Below, piece after piece: positions 7,631 through 16,093 of a DNA stretch of 35,473 bases. Below the pieces are notes generated by a model. That model did no database searches. It had not been told where the DNA came from and was given only the letters and a program-made list of their open reading frames with translations. The DNA is from an uncultured Bacilli bacterium (GTDB lineage: Bacteria > Bacillota_I > Bacilli_A > RF39 > UBA660). The position numbers were made by a program, and so were the translations under genes. The first letter of the stretch is position 1. The number at the start of each line of letters is the position of its first letter. The stretch covers positions 1 through 35,473 of the forward strand of contig CANQYR010000001.1 of the NCBI GenBank assembly GCA_947628125.1, given 5' to 3'.

Positions 7631-8713
7631 CTATATCATCTTGAGTAAAATCTCATTCATAATATATAGTTTGTCACCAGGAATAAAAATATATTCTTTT
7701 TTTTGCTTCAATTCCTTACTTTTAAGAAGTGGCTTAAGCGGATAAACACTACCTAAATCCACATCATACTTTCTCTTAAACTCTTCTAAACTAATGCCCT
7801 TTGTCTTTCTAAGACCCAGCATAACTTCATTATCCATAATCTCTTGCTTTGGTAAAATTTTCTCTTCTAACCGAAAATTTTCCTTTAAATACGCTAAAAA
7901 ACTTCTCGTATTAGCATACCTTACCTTATCAACATACCCACAAGCACCAAGCCCAAAACCATAATATTCCTCATTATTCCAATAGCCTAAATTATGAATA
8001 CACTCCTTATTCTTCTTTGCAAAATTACTAACCTCATAATGATTAAAACCACTTCTAATTAAAGTATCAACAATCGTCTCATACATCAAATACTCATCAT
8101 CTTCATCAATTAAAGGAATATTATTAACCTTCAAAAGCGTATGATCTTCTAACTGCAGACTATAAGTACTAATATGATCAGGCTTTAACTTCAAAAACAA
8201 CTTCAAATCTTTTCTTAAATCATCTAAACTTTCATTATAAAAACCATAAATCAAATCCAAATTAATATTATTAAAACCTAAACTCCTTGCCAAAGCAATC
8301 TTTTCCTTTGCCTCAAGAAAAGTATGACTTCTTCCCATTAAATCTAATAAATGGGGCTGAAAACTTTGAATACCAATACTTAAACGTGTCACATTATAAA
8401 ACTTCAAAAGCTTCAAAAAATTCATATTTATATCCGCCAAATTACATTCAAAAGTAAACTCAATATTCTTCATCTTATTTAACTTCTTAGTCAAATTAAG
8501 CAAAAATTCTAACTCCTCTAAAGATAAAGATGAAGGACTTCCGCCACCTATATAAATTGATCTTATATCCTCACCCATATAATAATTATCAATCTCCAAA
8601 GCTAACTTTTTCAAATACATCTTTGCCCACTTAGAATCATAAAATAACTTACAAAAATCACAATATGAACAAATGCTTTTACAAAAGGGAACATGAATAT
8701 AAACACCTTTCAT
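7631..8713 (-). CDS. hemW: Radical SAM heme chaperone HemW (HemN-like, oxygen-independent coproporphyrinogen oxidase family)
   Basis: 360 aa. YIHVPFCKSICSYCDFC contains the CxxxCxxC cluster in the HemN/HemW context. Its position downstream of lepA matches Bacillus. Confidence 0.9.
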   Translation of the reverse strand: MKGVYIHVPFCKSICSYCDFCKLFYDSKWAKMYLKKLALEIDNYYMGEDIRSIYIGGGSPSSLSLEELEFLLNLTKKLNKMKNIEFTFECNLADINMNFLKLLKFYNVTRLSIGIQSFQPHLLDLMGRSHTFLEAKEKIALARSLGFNNINLDLIYGFYNESLDDLRKDLKLFLKLKPDHISTYSLQLEDHTLLKVNNIPLIDEDDEYLMYETIVDTLIRSGFNHYEVSNFAKKNKECIHNLGYWNNEEYYGFGLGACGYVDKVRYANTRSFLAYLKENFRLEEKILPKQEIMDNEVMLGLRKTKGISLEEFKRKYDVDLGSVYPLKPLLKSKELKQKKEYIFIPGDKLYIMNEILLKMI

Positions 8714-8735
8714 TTAAACGCCTCCCTAACAAAAC

Positions 8736-8744
8736 ATTATAGCA
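8736..8744 (-). promoter_or_regulatory. Extended -10 element TGcTATAAT upstream of hemW
   Basis: The minus strand reads TGC TATAAT (TATAAT at 8741..8736). The -35 region is weak. An RBS GGGAGG precedes the ATG at 8713. Confidence 0.45.
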
Positions 8745-8802
8745 AAAATTTTTAAACTTTAAAATACAGCTTGACAAATACTTGCCAAAACAAAAAAAAG
8801 GA

Positions 8803-10035
8803 TTAAATCCTCCTTCTTGTATAAATATAACCATTTTGACTATTAAATTTGCTAATCTTTTCATTTTCTTCCCCTAAATAATGATTACACAAACAAATTA
8901 AACTATCATTATTAAAAGGCATCTGATAATAAGGAATAGCATATTTCCTTCGAAAATTAGCCACCAAAAGTTTCTCTTTCTCATTCATACTTCCTATACT
9001 AATTTTCTTTTTAACAAGCGCCTGATAATCAATATCAAATATCTCCCGCAAAATATTACATGCCCTAGCCTTATTCTTAACCTTCGATCTTTTATAATCC
9101 GCATATAAAATCATTGCATAATTAAAATTACCACTTTCCCTAGACACACTTGTCATTAAATACTTAAGAGCATTTACATAAACAAACCCATGTTTTTTTG
9201 CCTCAAATAACATTCCATTTAAAACCGCATCTTCCGTATCTTTAATTAATAAAGAAAGCTCATAAATACTAATCTTAGTCGTAAAAAGAAAATGTAACCA
9301 AAAATTAGTCTTATCCTTCCATGCATAATTAACCTTTGTTGAATAAGAAATAGTAGTTTTATTATCTCTTTTATTCCATAAACTTAAAAACTCATCCTTT
9401 AAATACGCCAAATTATTATCAAGAACATGATACCTATCAGTACAAGTAGATATTCTTGAAATAGCTGCCGATGAAATATCATTTCGTAAAGCATAATCCT
9501 TAATAGTTAAATTTAAATGAAAACTATCTAAAAAATCCCTAACAAAATTCATATATTTTACCCGAAAATAATAATCCTGCAATAACTTTGACTCACAAAA
9601 TTCTTCAACATTAACATTAGGATATTTCTTCTTTAAAAAATCAACATGATCTAAAACAATATTAATATCAATTGGCCTATTAATAATTTTTTGGGCCAAT
9701 AAATACTTCCCTGGATCATAATATAAACAATACTTATTATTTAACTCCTTCAAAAGCTTTTTCAAATCATAAACCTTAACATTCTTCATAATTGCAATCT
9801 CTAATAAAGAATAACCCCTACTTAATAACATAACCACATCATCAAGTAAATCCTTATCAATAATTGTTCCCTTAGCTAAAGACTGCTCCATCAAAATACA
9901 ATTATACTTAACATTATCAGTAACCTTTAACTTTTCTAATACTTTCCTAACTGCAAAAATAGAAGTATTTAATAAATCTGAAATAACATTTACACTTTTA
10001 CCTTGCTCTGCTAAAGCAATTATTTCCTCATCCAT
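8803..10035 (-). CDS. Multi-HTH-repeat protein, paralog 3 (unknown family)
   Basis: 410 aa, collinear with the 422-aa neighbour. It has N-terminal sigma-r4/LuxR-like HTH modules and a shared C-terminal domain (..KKKISIGSMNEKEKLLVANFRRKYAIPYYQMPF..). The RBS GAAGAGG lies inside the 3' end of the upstream gene. Confidence 0.75.
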   Translation of the reverse strand: MDEEIIALAEQGKSVNVISDLLNTSIFAVRKVLEKLKVTDNVKYNCILMEQSLAKGTIIDKDLLDDVVMLLSRGYSLLEIAIMKNVKVYDLKKLLKELNNKYCLYYDPGKYLLAQKIINRPIDINIVLDHVDFLKKKYPNVNVEEFCESKLLQDYYFRVKYMNFVRDFLDSFHLNLTIKDYALRNDISSAAISRISTCTDRYHVLDNNLAYLKDEFLSLWNKRDNKTTISYSTKVNYAWKDKTNFWLHFLFTTKISIYELSLLIKDTEDAVLNGMLFEAKKHGFVYVNALKYLMTSVSRESGNFNYAMILYADYKRSKVKNKARACNILREIFDIDYQALVKKKISIGSMNEKEKLLVANFRRKYAIPYYQMPFNNDSLICLCNHYLGEENEKISKFNSQNGYIYTRRRI

Positions 10036-10039
10036 AACA

Positions 10040-11308
10040 TTACCTCTTCATTCTATAATATTTTCGTGACTCATTTATATTAAACTCAAACACATCTTCC
10101 AAACCATCGGCATAAAAAGCACAATAAGCCTGCAAATCTTTCCGATAAAATGGCATCCATCTACCCGGAATTGCATACTTAACCCAATGATGCGCAACAA
10201 TCTTTTTCTCATCATCACTCATCATCCTTATCGATTTTTTACTTTCCACTAACCTTTTATAATCAGTATCCATAACCTTATCATACATCTTCTTAGCAAG
10301 AGGTAAATTTGCCTTTCTAGCTAAAACATACTTCTTCCAAAATAACTGAGCCTTTTTCAAATTCTCCTCATCATACTCACTATAAGCAAGCGCATAATTT
10401 AAAGCATGCTCGTAAATTTTACTTTCCTTACCAACTTCCAAAAGCATCTTCCTTTTAAACGTCTCTTTATCCTCAATTTGTAAAAACATCATCAATTGCT
10501 CCAAAGATAAAGAAAACTCCCGCATAAAACTTACCCAAAACTTAACATTTTTCATAGCCTTTGTAATCTTTTCATCACATTTTTTACTATCAATGCCCTC
10601 AAAACTATGCCGATCGTTTATCCTTTTAAGCCTTGCCTCTTCAAATAAAGCCTTAATTTTTAAAGCCTCATCCCCATACATACACTTTAAAAACTGATGC
10701 TTATCCTTCATTAACAAAATATTAGTAATCGTCTCAAAACTAACATCACAATATAAAGCCAAATCCTTAGGCCCAATCAAAGGATTAGCTAAAAATAGTT
10801 CCACCATCTTACCATAACTAAGCCACTTCTTAAACATCCTTAATAAATTACAATTAAACTTTTCTTTATTAACAAAATTATATTCATCCTCTAATTTACT
10901 AAGCTTTTTCATTAAAACGCCATAATCTTGTTTATCATTTAAACTAATAGCCTTCTTTAACTTATCATATAAACACTTATCATCTTTTTCCAAATAACTT
11001 AAATGCTTATTAATATAACTTATCGAACTATCCGTTAAAACTGCCACTTCAAGCAAAGTATAACCATTTAAAACCTTATCAACTAACAATAACAAAAAAT
11101 CCTTATCATAAATAACCATATTATTAAGACCCATTGCAAAAATAATTTGATTGTACAAAAAAGGATTATAATGTTTACTTTTAGGCATATTCAAAAGCCT
11201 TAAATTATAATTAACCACACAAGCATCAACATCAAGTTCTAAAGCAATTTCATTTTTTTTCATCCCAAGTAAGCCTAGCCTTACAACCTCATCAAAATAA
11301 TAATCCAT
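10040..11308 (-). CDS. Multi-HTH-repeat protein, paralog 2 (unknown family)
   Basis: 422 aa. It has HTH-like modules (e.g. DKDFLLLLVDKVLNGYTLLEVAVLTDSSISYINKHLSYL) and the C-terminal segment ..ESKKSIRMMSDDEKKIVAHHWVKYAIPGRWMPF... The RBS GAGGGGG precedes the ATG. Confidence 0.75.
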   Translation of the reverse strand: MDYYFDEVVRLGLLGMKKNEIALELDVDACVVNYNLRLLNMPKSKHYNPFLYNQIIFAMGLNNMVIYDKDFLLLLVDKVLNGYTLLEVAVLTDSSISYINKHLSYLEKDDKCLYDKLKKAISLNDKQDYGVLMKKLSKLEDEYNFVNKEKFNCNLLRMFKKWLSYGKMVELFLANPLIGPKDLALYCDVSFETITNILLMKDKHQFLKCMYGDEALKIKALFEEARLKRINDRHSFEGIDSKKCDEKITKAMKNVKFWVSFMREFSLSLEQLMMFLQIEDKETFKRKMLLEVGKESKIYEHALNYALAYSEYDEENLKKAQLFWKKYVLARKANLPLAKKMYDKVMDTDYKRLVESKKSIRMMSDDEKKIVAHHWVKYAIPGRWMPFYRKDLQAYCAFYADGLEDVFEFNINESRKYYRMKR

Positions 11309-11336
11309 AAAAAAACCCCCTCGTTTTCTACGGCAT

Positions 11337-11365
11337 ATTATAAATTAATTAAAAATAAGTGTCAA
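11337..11365 (-). promoter_or_regulatory. Perfect consensus sigma-A promoter: TTGACA-17-TATAAT
   Basis: Indexed base by base: TTGACA at 11365..11360, the 17-nt spacer CTTATTTTTAATTAATT, and TATAAT at 11342..11337. It lies in the 64-nt gap upstream of the 422-aa paralog. Confidence 0.8.
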
Positions 11366-11372
11366 GAAAAAC

Positions 11373-12008
11373 TTATAACCGCTGCCGATGCGAGGCAAAA
11401 ACCTTATCTAGCTCATCTTGTAAATCTAAATCACCAATAGCCTTTACATTTTCATACAAAGTCGATACTGGAATATCATACTTCATACTTGTCTCAATCA
11501 AAGTCGCATTAAAATCAATAATATGATAAGCAAGGCGCCTTATATCTTCTAAAGACCTAATCCTTCCCCGAGTACCCATTTGTCCACCTAACTTAACAAA
11601 CATCTTGGCATATTTACTCCGAATTTTATCTAACTCATTACTAAGCTCTAAATCATAAAACAAATGCTTTTCATCCTTCAAAGCCCTTAAATACTTGTGA
11701 ACCAAACTCTCACTAACATCATTTCTTAAAGCTACATCTAAAACAGGATACCCCATCTTTAAATCACTAACAATACTATCTAACAAATCCTTATCAAAAA
11801 ACTCCCCAAACTTAGCCTCTCTAATAAACATAATTGCCTCAGCCTTATCTTTATCATAAAAAATACTAGTCTCATCACTTAACTTACTAATATACTCACT
11901 AACCGTTCTTTTAGAAACTAATTCCTTTTCCATAATCTGACCAACGCTTAAACCAGCTAATGCATCTTCTATAACCTTGTTAAACTTTTCCTTATCAAAT
12001 TTTCCCAT
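11373..12008 (-). CDS. Multi-HTH-repeat protein, paralog 1 (short form, three HTH-like modules)
   Basis: 211 aa. Its modules are LAGLSVGQIMEKELVSKRTVSEYISKL, LKMGYPVLDVALRNDVSESLVHKYLRAL and FNATLIETSMKYDIPVSTLYENVKAI. It starts 2 nt after the lepA stop. Confidence 0.75.
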   Translation of the reverse strand: MGKFDKEKFNKVIEDALAGLSVGQIMEKELVSKRTVSEYISKLSDETSIFYDKDKAEAIMFIREAKFGEFFDKDLLDSIVSDLKMGYPVLDVALRNDVSESLVHKYLRALKDEKHLFYDLELSNELDKIRSKYAKMFVKLGGQMGTRGRIRSLEDIRRLAYHIIDFNATLIETSMKYDIPVSTLYENVKAIGDLDLQDELDKVFASHRQRL

Positions 12009-12010
12009 AA

Positions 12011-13813
12011 TTACTTCTCCTCACTACTTAAAACCGCTAAAAAAGCTTCCTTAGGTACCATTACATTACCAATACTCTTCATCCGTTTTTTTCCTTCCTT
12101 TTGCTTTTCCAAAAGTTTTTTCTTCCGCGTAATATCCCCGCCATAACACTTAGCTAACACATTCTTCCGCATAGCCATAATATTTTCCCGTGCAATTACC
12201 TTACTACCAATCATCGCCTGAATTGGTACCACAAATAATTGCCTTGGAATTACTTCCTTTAACTTCTTTGTTATCAATAAAGCTCTTTGATACGCCAAAT
12301 CCTTGTGCACAATCAAAGACAAACAATCAATTACATCACCATTAAGTAAAATCTTCATCAACACCAAATTACTAGCCTTATAACCAATAAACTCATAATC
12401 AAAAGAAGCATAACCTTTTGTATAACTTTTTAACTTATCAAAAAAATCATAAACTATCTCCGATAAAGGAAGCTCATAATGAATATTAACCCTAGCCTCA
12501 TCAATATAATCCATCATCTTATAAATACCCCTTTTGTTTTGACAAAGCTCCATTATAGACCCAATATACTCCTTAGGCACAATAATATTTGTCAAAATAT
12601 AAGGCTCCTTAATTTCCTTAATCTTAACCGCATCGGGCATATCATTAGGATTATTAACCAAACACATTTTCCCATTAGTTAAATAAACTTCATAACTAAC
12701 ACTAGGATTAGTCGCAATAACAGAAATAAAAAACTCTCTTTCTAGCCTTTCAATAATAATATCCATATGTAAAAGCCCTAAAAAACCAACCCTAAAACCA
12801 AAACCTAAAGCCTCACTTGACTCAAGTTCAAAACTTAAAGCCGCATCATTTAACTTTAACTTCATAAGCGCTTCTTTTAAAGCCTCAAACTTATTAGGTT
12901 CCAAAGGAAAAATACCCGAATACACCATAGGCTTCATCTTCTTATAACCAACAATTGCTAAAGAAGCTTTATTATTAACTAACGTTATCGTATCCCCAAC
13001 TTCAAACCCAGAAATATCCTTAATAGATGCACAAATATAACCAACATCCCCACTTTTTAAAACATCAACTTTTTTCTCCTTCGGCGTATGAATAAACAAA
13101 TCCGTTACAATAGAAGCCTTACCACTAGCCATTAATAAAATCTCATCTTTAACCTTTACCTTACCTTCTACAACCTTAATTAACCCAACTACCCCCTTAT
13201 AAGGATCAAAATAACTGTCAAAAATAAGCGAACGAAGCGGTTCATCATCTTTTTTTAAAGGTGGCTTAATTTTTTTAATAATTGCCTCTAATAAAGAAGA
13301 TATTCCCTCACCCGTCTTACCACTAGTTAAAATAATATCTTCCCTCTTAAAACCAAGAACCCTAACTAACTCATCTTCCACCTTTGAAATATTAGCATTA
13401 GGTAAATCAATCTTATTAATAACCGGGATAATATTTAAATCCGCTTCCATTGCCAAATACAAATTAGCTAACGTCTGCGCCTCAATTCCTTGCGAAGCAT
13501 CAACAACTAAAATCGCTCCCTCACAAGCCGCTAAAGATCTACTAACCTCATAAGAAAAATCGACATGCCCTGGAGTATCAATTAAATTTAATAAATACTT
13601 TTCCTTCTCATACTCATAAGTTAAACTAACAGCATTAAGCTTAATAGTTATTCCTCTTTCTCTTTCCAAATCCATATTATCTAATAATTGATCCCGCATC
13701 TCAAAATTCGAAACAGATCCTGTATATTCCAAAATACGATCTGCTAAAGTACTTTTACCATGATCAATATGCGCGATAATCGAAAAATTCCGAATATTCT
13801 CCTGCTTAATCAT
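12011..13813 (-). CDS. lepA: Translation elongation factor 4 (LepA)
   Basis: 600 aa. [20 protein letters not shown] (G1 motif), DTPGHVDF and NKIDL are present, and the protein is collinear with LepA over its full length. Confidence 0.98.
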   Translation of the reverse strand: MIKQENIRNFSIIAHIDHGKSTLADRILEYTGSVSNFEMRDQLLDNMDLERERGITIKLNAVSLTYEYEKEKYLLNLIDTPGHVDFSYEVSRSLAACEGAILVVDASQGIEAQTLANLYLAMEADLNIIPVINKIDLPNANISKVEDELVRVLGFKREDIILTSGKTGEGISSLLEAIIKKIKPPLKKDDEPLRSLIFDSYFDPYKGVVGLIKVVEGKVKVKDEILLMASGKASIVTDLFIHTPKEKKVDVLKSGDVGYICASIKDISGFEVGDTITLVNNKASLAIVGYKKMKPMVYSGIFPLEPNKFEALKEALMKLKLNDAALSFELESSEALGFGFRVGFLGLLHMDIIIERLEREFFISVIATNPSVSYEVYLTNGKMCLVNNPNDMPDAVKIKEIKEPYILTNIIVPKEYIGSIMELCQNKRGIYKMMDYIDEARVNIHYELPLSEIVYDFFDKLKSYTKGYASFDYEFIGYKASNLVLMKILLNGDVIDCLSLIVHKDLAYQRALLITKKLKEVIPRQLFVVPIQAMIGSKVIARENIMAMRKNVLAKCYGGDITRKKKLLEKQKEGKKRMKSIGNVMVPKEAFLAVLSSEEK

Positions 13814-13830
13814 AAACTCACCTAAAAACC

Positions 13831-13859
13831 ATTATACATAAAAAAAAGTTTTAAGTCAA
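13831..13859 (-). promoter_or_regulatory. Sigma-A type promoter for lepA: TTGACT-17-TATAAT
   Basis: TTGACT at 13859..13854, an indexed 17-nt spacer, and TATAAT at 13836..13831. The RBS GGTGAG precedes the ATG at 13813. Confidence 0.7.
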
Positions 13860-13862
13860 AAA

Positions 13863-15377
13863 CTATAAAACCATCTTATCATTATCTAAAGACTCATTAA
13901 CAACTAAATAAGAAGTAGAAAATAAAACACTCGCCATCGCACAAGAAGCTTCTAAAGCCTTCTTTAAAACCACATAATCATCTAAAATAAACGTCTCATT
14001 AAAGCCTTCCCAAACCTTTTTGTCATAATTATAGACATAATTAAAATTCCTACTCTTTGCCTCTTTCGCATAATAATCACCATCTAAACCTAAATTCTCC
14101 ATAATTTGCTTAAAAGGCCTAGTCAAAGCATAACAAAGTATTTCATAACCATCATTTTTTCCAAAGATGTTATCACTAATAGAAAGCAAACTAACACCCT
14201 CACCAAGTAATATACCCTCATGTGCAAAACTAATAGCTTCCAAAGCATCAATTGCCCGCATTAACTTTTCCTTTCTAATCGTCTTAGTTAAACCCCCAAT
14301 CAAAACTCTAGCTGAAAGACAATTAATATTGCTTATTCTCTCATCTAATAACTCCTTTTCATAAGAACTCAAAGCTTTTTTTTCTAAAGTCCTTATATAT
14401 CTTTTAACCTGCCCTTTATCTTTTTTAAACCTTATAATTGTCTCATCCAAATTACCCTCAATTGCTAAAGCCTGACCTAAAGAACTAAAACTACCATCAC
14501 CTGTAAGACTAGCATCTAGTAAAAAAGCCAAATCATTTAAAATTTCCTTTCGCTTCTTAGCATAATCAGTATTTAAAACCAAACAAATCTTTCCCCCATT
14601 TAAATTTATTTCTCTTACTTGATTAATAACTTCCTCACTAAAAAAATTAGCCATAATAACTAAACTAGCTTTGGACTTTAATACGCTATTTATCGCATCC
14701 GCACAAAAATTTAAATCATCAACATCTCTATCTAAAAGCAAAACATAAGGGTTTAAAAACTCATAACTATTACTAGTTCCAAGTAAAAAACTAGAACAAA
14801 GACCACAAGGCACTACATAACCATTTATAAAACTTACACTACACTTTTCCTCACCTTCTAAAATCTTAATTCCCCCTTTATTTAAAACCTTAGTATAAGC
14901 CTTAAAAATACACCTACCTATTTCCTCATCATTAGCAGCATTAATAGCAATTTTTAACAAATCTTTTTTTAAAGGCTTAACAAGAAGAGTTTTTAATCTA
15001 TCCAAAACCAAAGATAAAGCCTCATTAAGTTCATTCTTTAAAACCACTCCATTTTTACCACTTTTAATTAAAGAAATACCCTTAACCATCAAAGCCTTAA
15101 ACAAAACAAGCGTTGTTGTCGTTCCATCACCTACCTCCAAATCAACCTTCAAACTTGCTTCCTTACATAAACTTAAAATCGAATTAATGACCTCATCACA
15201 ACTATTAATACACTTAGCAATACTAACACCATCATTAGTCACAAAAGGACTTGCAAAATCACTTATAATTACATCCTTTCCCATTGGTCCTAAAGTAGAA
15301 CTAACCGGATCACACAAAAGCAAAACCGCATCTAAAATATTATCTAGTAATGCATCACCACCAACAACTTTTTTCAT
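13863..15377 (-). CDS. Divergent Cpn60/GroEL-family chaperonin paralog (no GroES partner, no GGM tail)
   Basis: 504 aa, collinear with GroEL. Shared segments are TLGPMGKDV, TNDGVSIAK, EVGDGTTT, ..ERISNINCLSARVLIGGLTKTIRKEKLMRAIDALEAISFAHEGILLGEGVS.. and FILDD..AL. The GroEL GGG motif reads GEG here. Its ATG overlaps the upstream stop (ATGA at 15374..15377). Confidence 0.8.
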   Translation of the reverse strand: MKKVVGGDALLDNILDAVLLLCDPVSSTLGPMGKDVIISDFASPFVTNDGVSIAKCINSCDEVINSILSLCKEASLKVDLEVGDGTTTTLVLFKALMVKGISLIKSGKNGVVLKNELNEALSLVLDRLKTLLVKPLKKDLLKIAINAANDEEIGRCIFKAYTKVLNKGGIKILEGEEKCSVSFINGYVVPCGLCSSFLLGTSNSYEFLNPYVLLLDRDVDDLNFCADAINSVLKSKASLVIMANFFSEEVINQVREINLNGGKICLVLNTDYAKKRKEILNDLAFLLDASLTGDGSFSSLGQALAIEGNLDETIIRFKKDKGQVKRYIRTLEKKALSSYEKELLDERISNINCLSARVLIGGLTKTIRKEKLMRAIDALEAISFAHEGILLGEGVSLLSISDNIFGKNDGYEILCYALTRPFKQIMENLGLDGDYYAKEAKSRNFNYVYNYDKKVWEGFNETFILDDYVVLKKALEASCAMASVLFSTSYLVVNESLDNDKMVL

Positions 15378-16093
15378 TTACAATCACCCATTTCTATAAT
15401 ATTTTTCCAATACTTCTTTGGCATAAAACGCATCTGACATATTGCATTTTCTCTTTCCTTAATACTAATCGTCTTAAAAAATACCTTCCATAAATCACTA
15501 ACATCTTTTTCAACAGCAGAAAAAGTCTTATTAATATCATCTAAAGAACAATTAATAAAGTAAGAACGCCCTTCATAATATATCAAAGCTAAATGCCTTA
15601 ATTCATCATAAATTATCCAATTTTCCTTTTTAAAACGCCTTTCAAAATGACTAGCTAAATAATATATTACATTATTACTAGGAGCAAAAGTGGCAAACAA
15701 AAAACCACTTTCTAACTGTCTAAACCTTAAAAAACCCTTCATCTTATGTGCTTCATGTAAAACATTTTTCCTAAGCTTTAAAGCTAAATTTACACAATTT
15801 AAATATCGAAAATTTAAAACCTTAATTCCATACTTACGATAATTTAATAACAAATAATAAATTACCAACTCCTTGCCTTTATAATCCGCTAAAAAAATGC
15901 TAAAACAAAGATTCTTTATCCTCGAATCTAAACAAACATTTCCCATCCTAACCTTATAAGGCTTAGAAAATAAATCCCTAACATAATCTTTTTCTACAAC
16001 AATATCATATGGCTTAATGCTCTTTGTAATTAACACATCAACTGTCCTTAATAAATGTTTAAAAGAACCATCATACAAATACACATTATTCAT
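15374..16093 (-). CDS. DUF4130 / TIGR03915-type probable DNA metabolism protein (partner of the radical SAM protein)
   Basis: 239 aa. The N-terminus MNNVYLYDGSFKHLLRTVDVL matches the pattern I recall for this family. It overlaps the upstream radical SAM gene by 8 nt. There is no fused uracil-DNA glycosylase domain. Confidence 0.7.
   Translation of the reverse strand: MNNVYLYDGSFKHLLRTVDVLITKSIKPYDIVVEKDYVRDLFSKPYKVRMGNVCLDSRIKNLCFSIFLADYKGKELVIYYLLLNYRKYGIKVLNFRYLNCVNLALKLRKNVLHEAHKMKGFLRFRQLESGFLFATFAPSNNVIYYLASHFERRFKKENWIIYDELRHLALIYYEGRSYFINCSLDDINKTFSAVEKDVSDLWKVFFKTISIKERENAICQMRFMPKKYWKNIIEMGDCK

Noticed and set aside
8771-8776. Plus-strand TTGACA in the hemW/paralog-3 intergenic region
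   Set aside because: There is no -10 element at 16-18 nt and no plus-strand gene downstream. It is probably a chance occurrence.
8679-8864. 61-aa minus-strand ORF bridging the hemW start and the end of paralog 3
   Set aside because: It overlaps both flanking genes and spans the intergenic terminator-like and promoter-like region. It has no RBS and its sequence is not protein-like.
8803-12008. Interpretation of the three HTH paralogs as a mobile island or prophage remnant
   Set aside because: There are no integrase, tRNA-attachment or flanking-repeat signatures. The genes are tightly embedded in the lepA operon on the same strand, with a 2-nt gap. I therefore describe them as a lineage-specific chromosomal expansion of unknown function.
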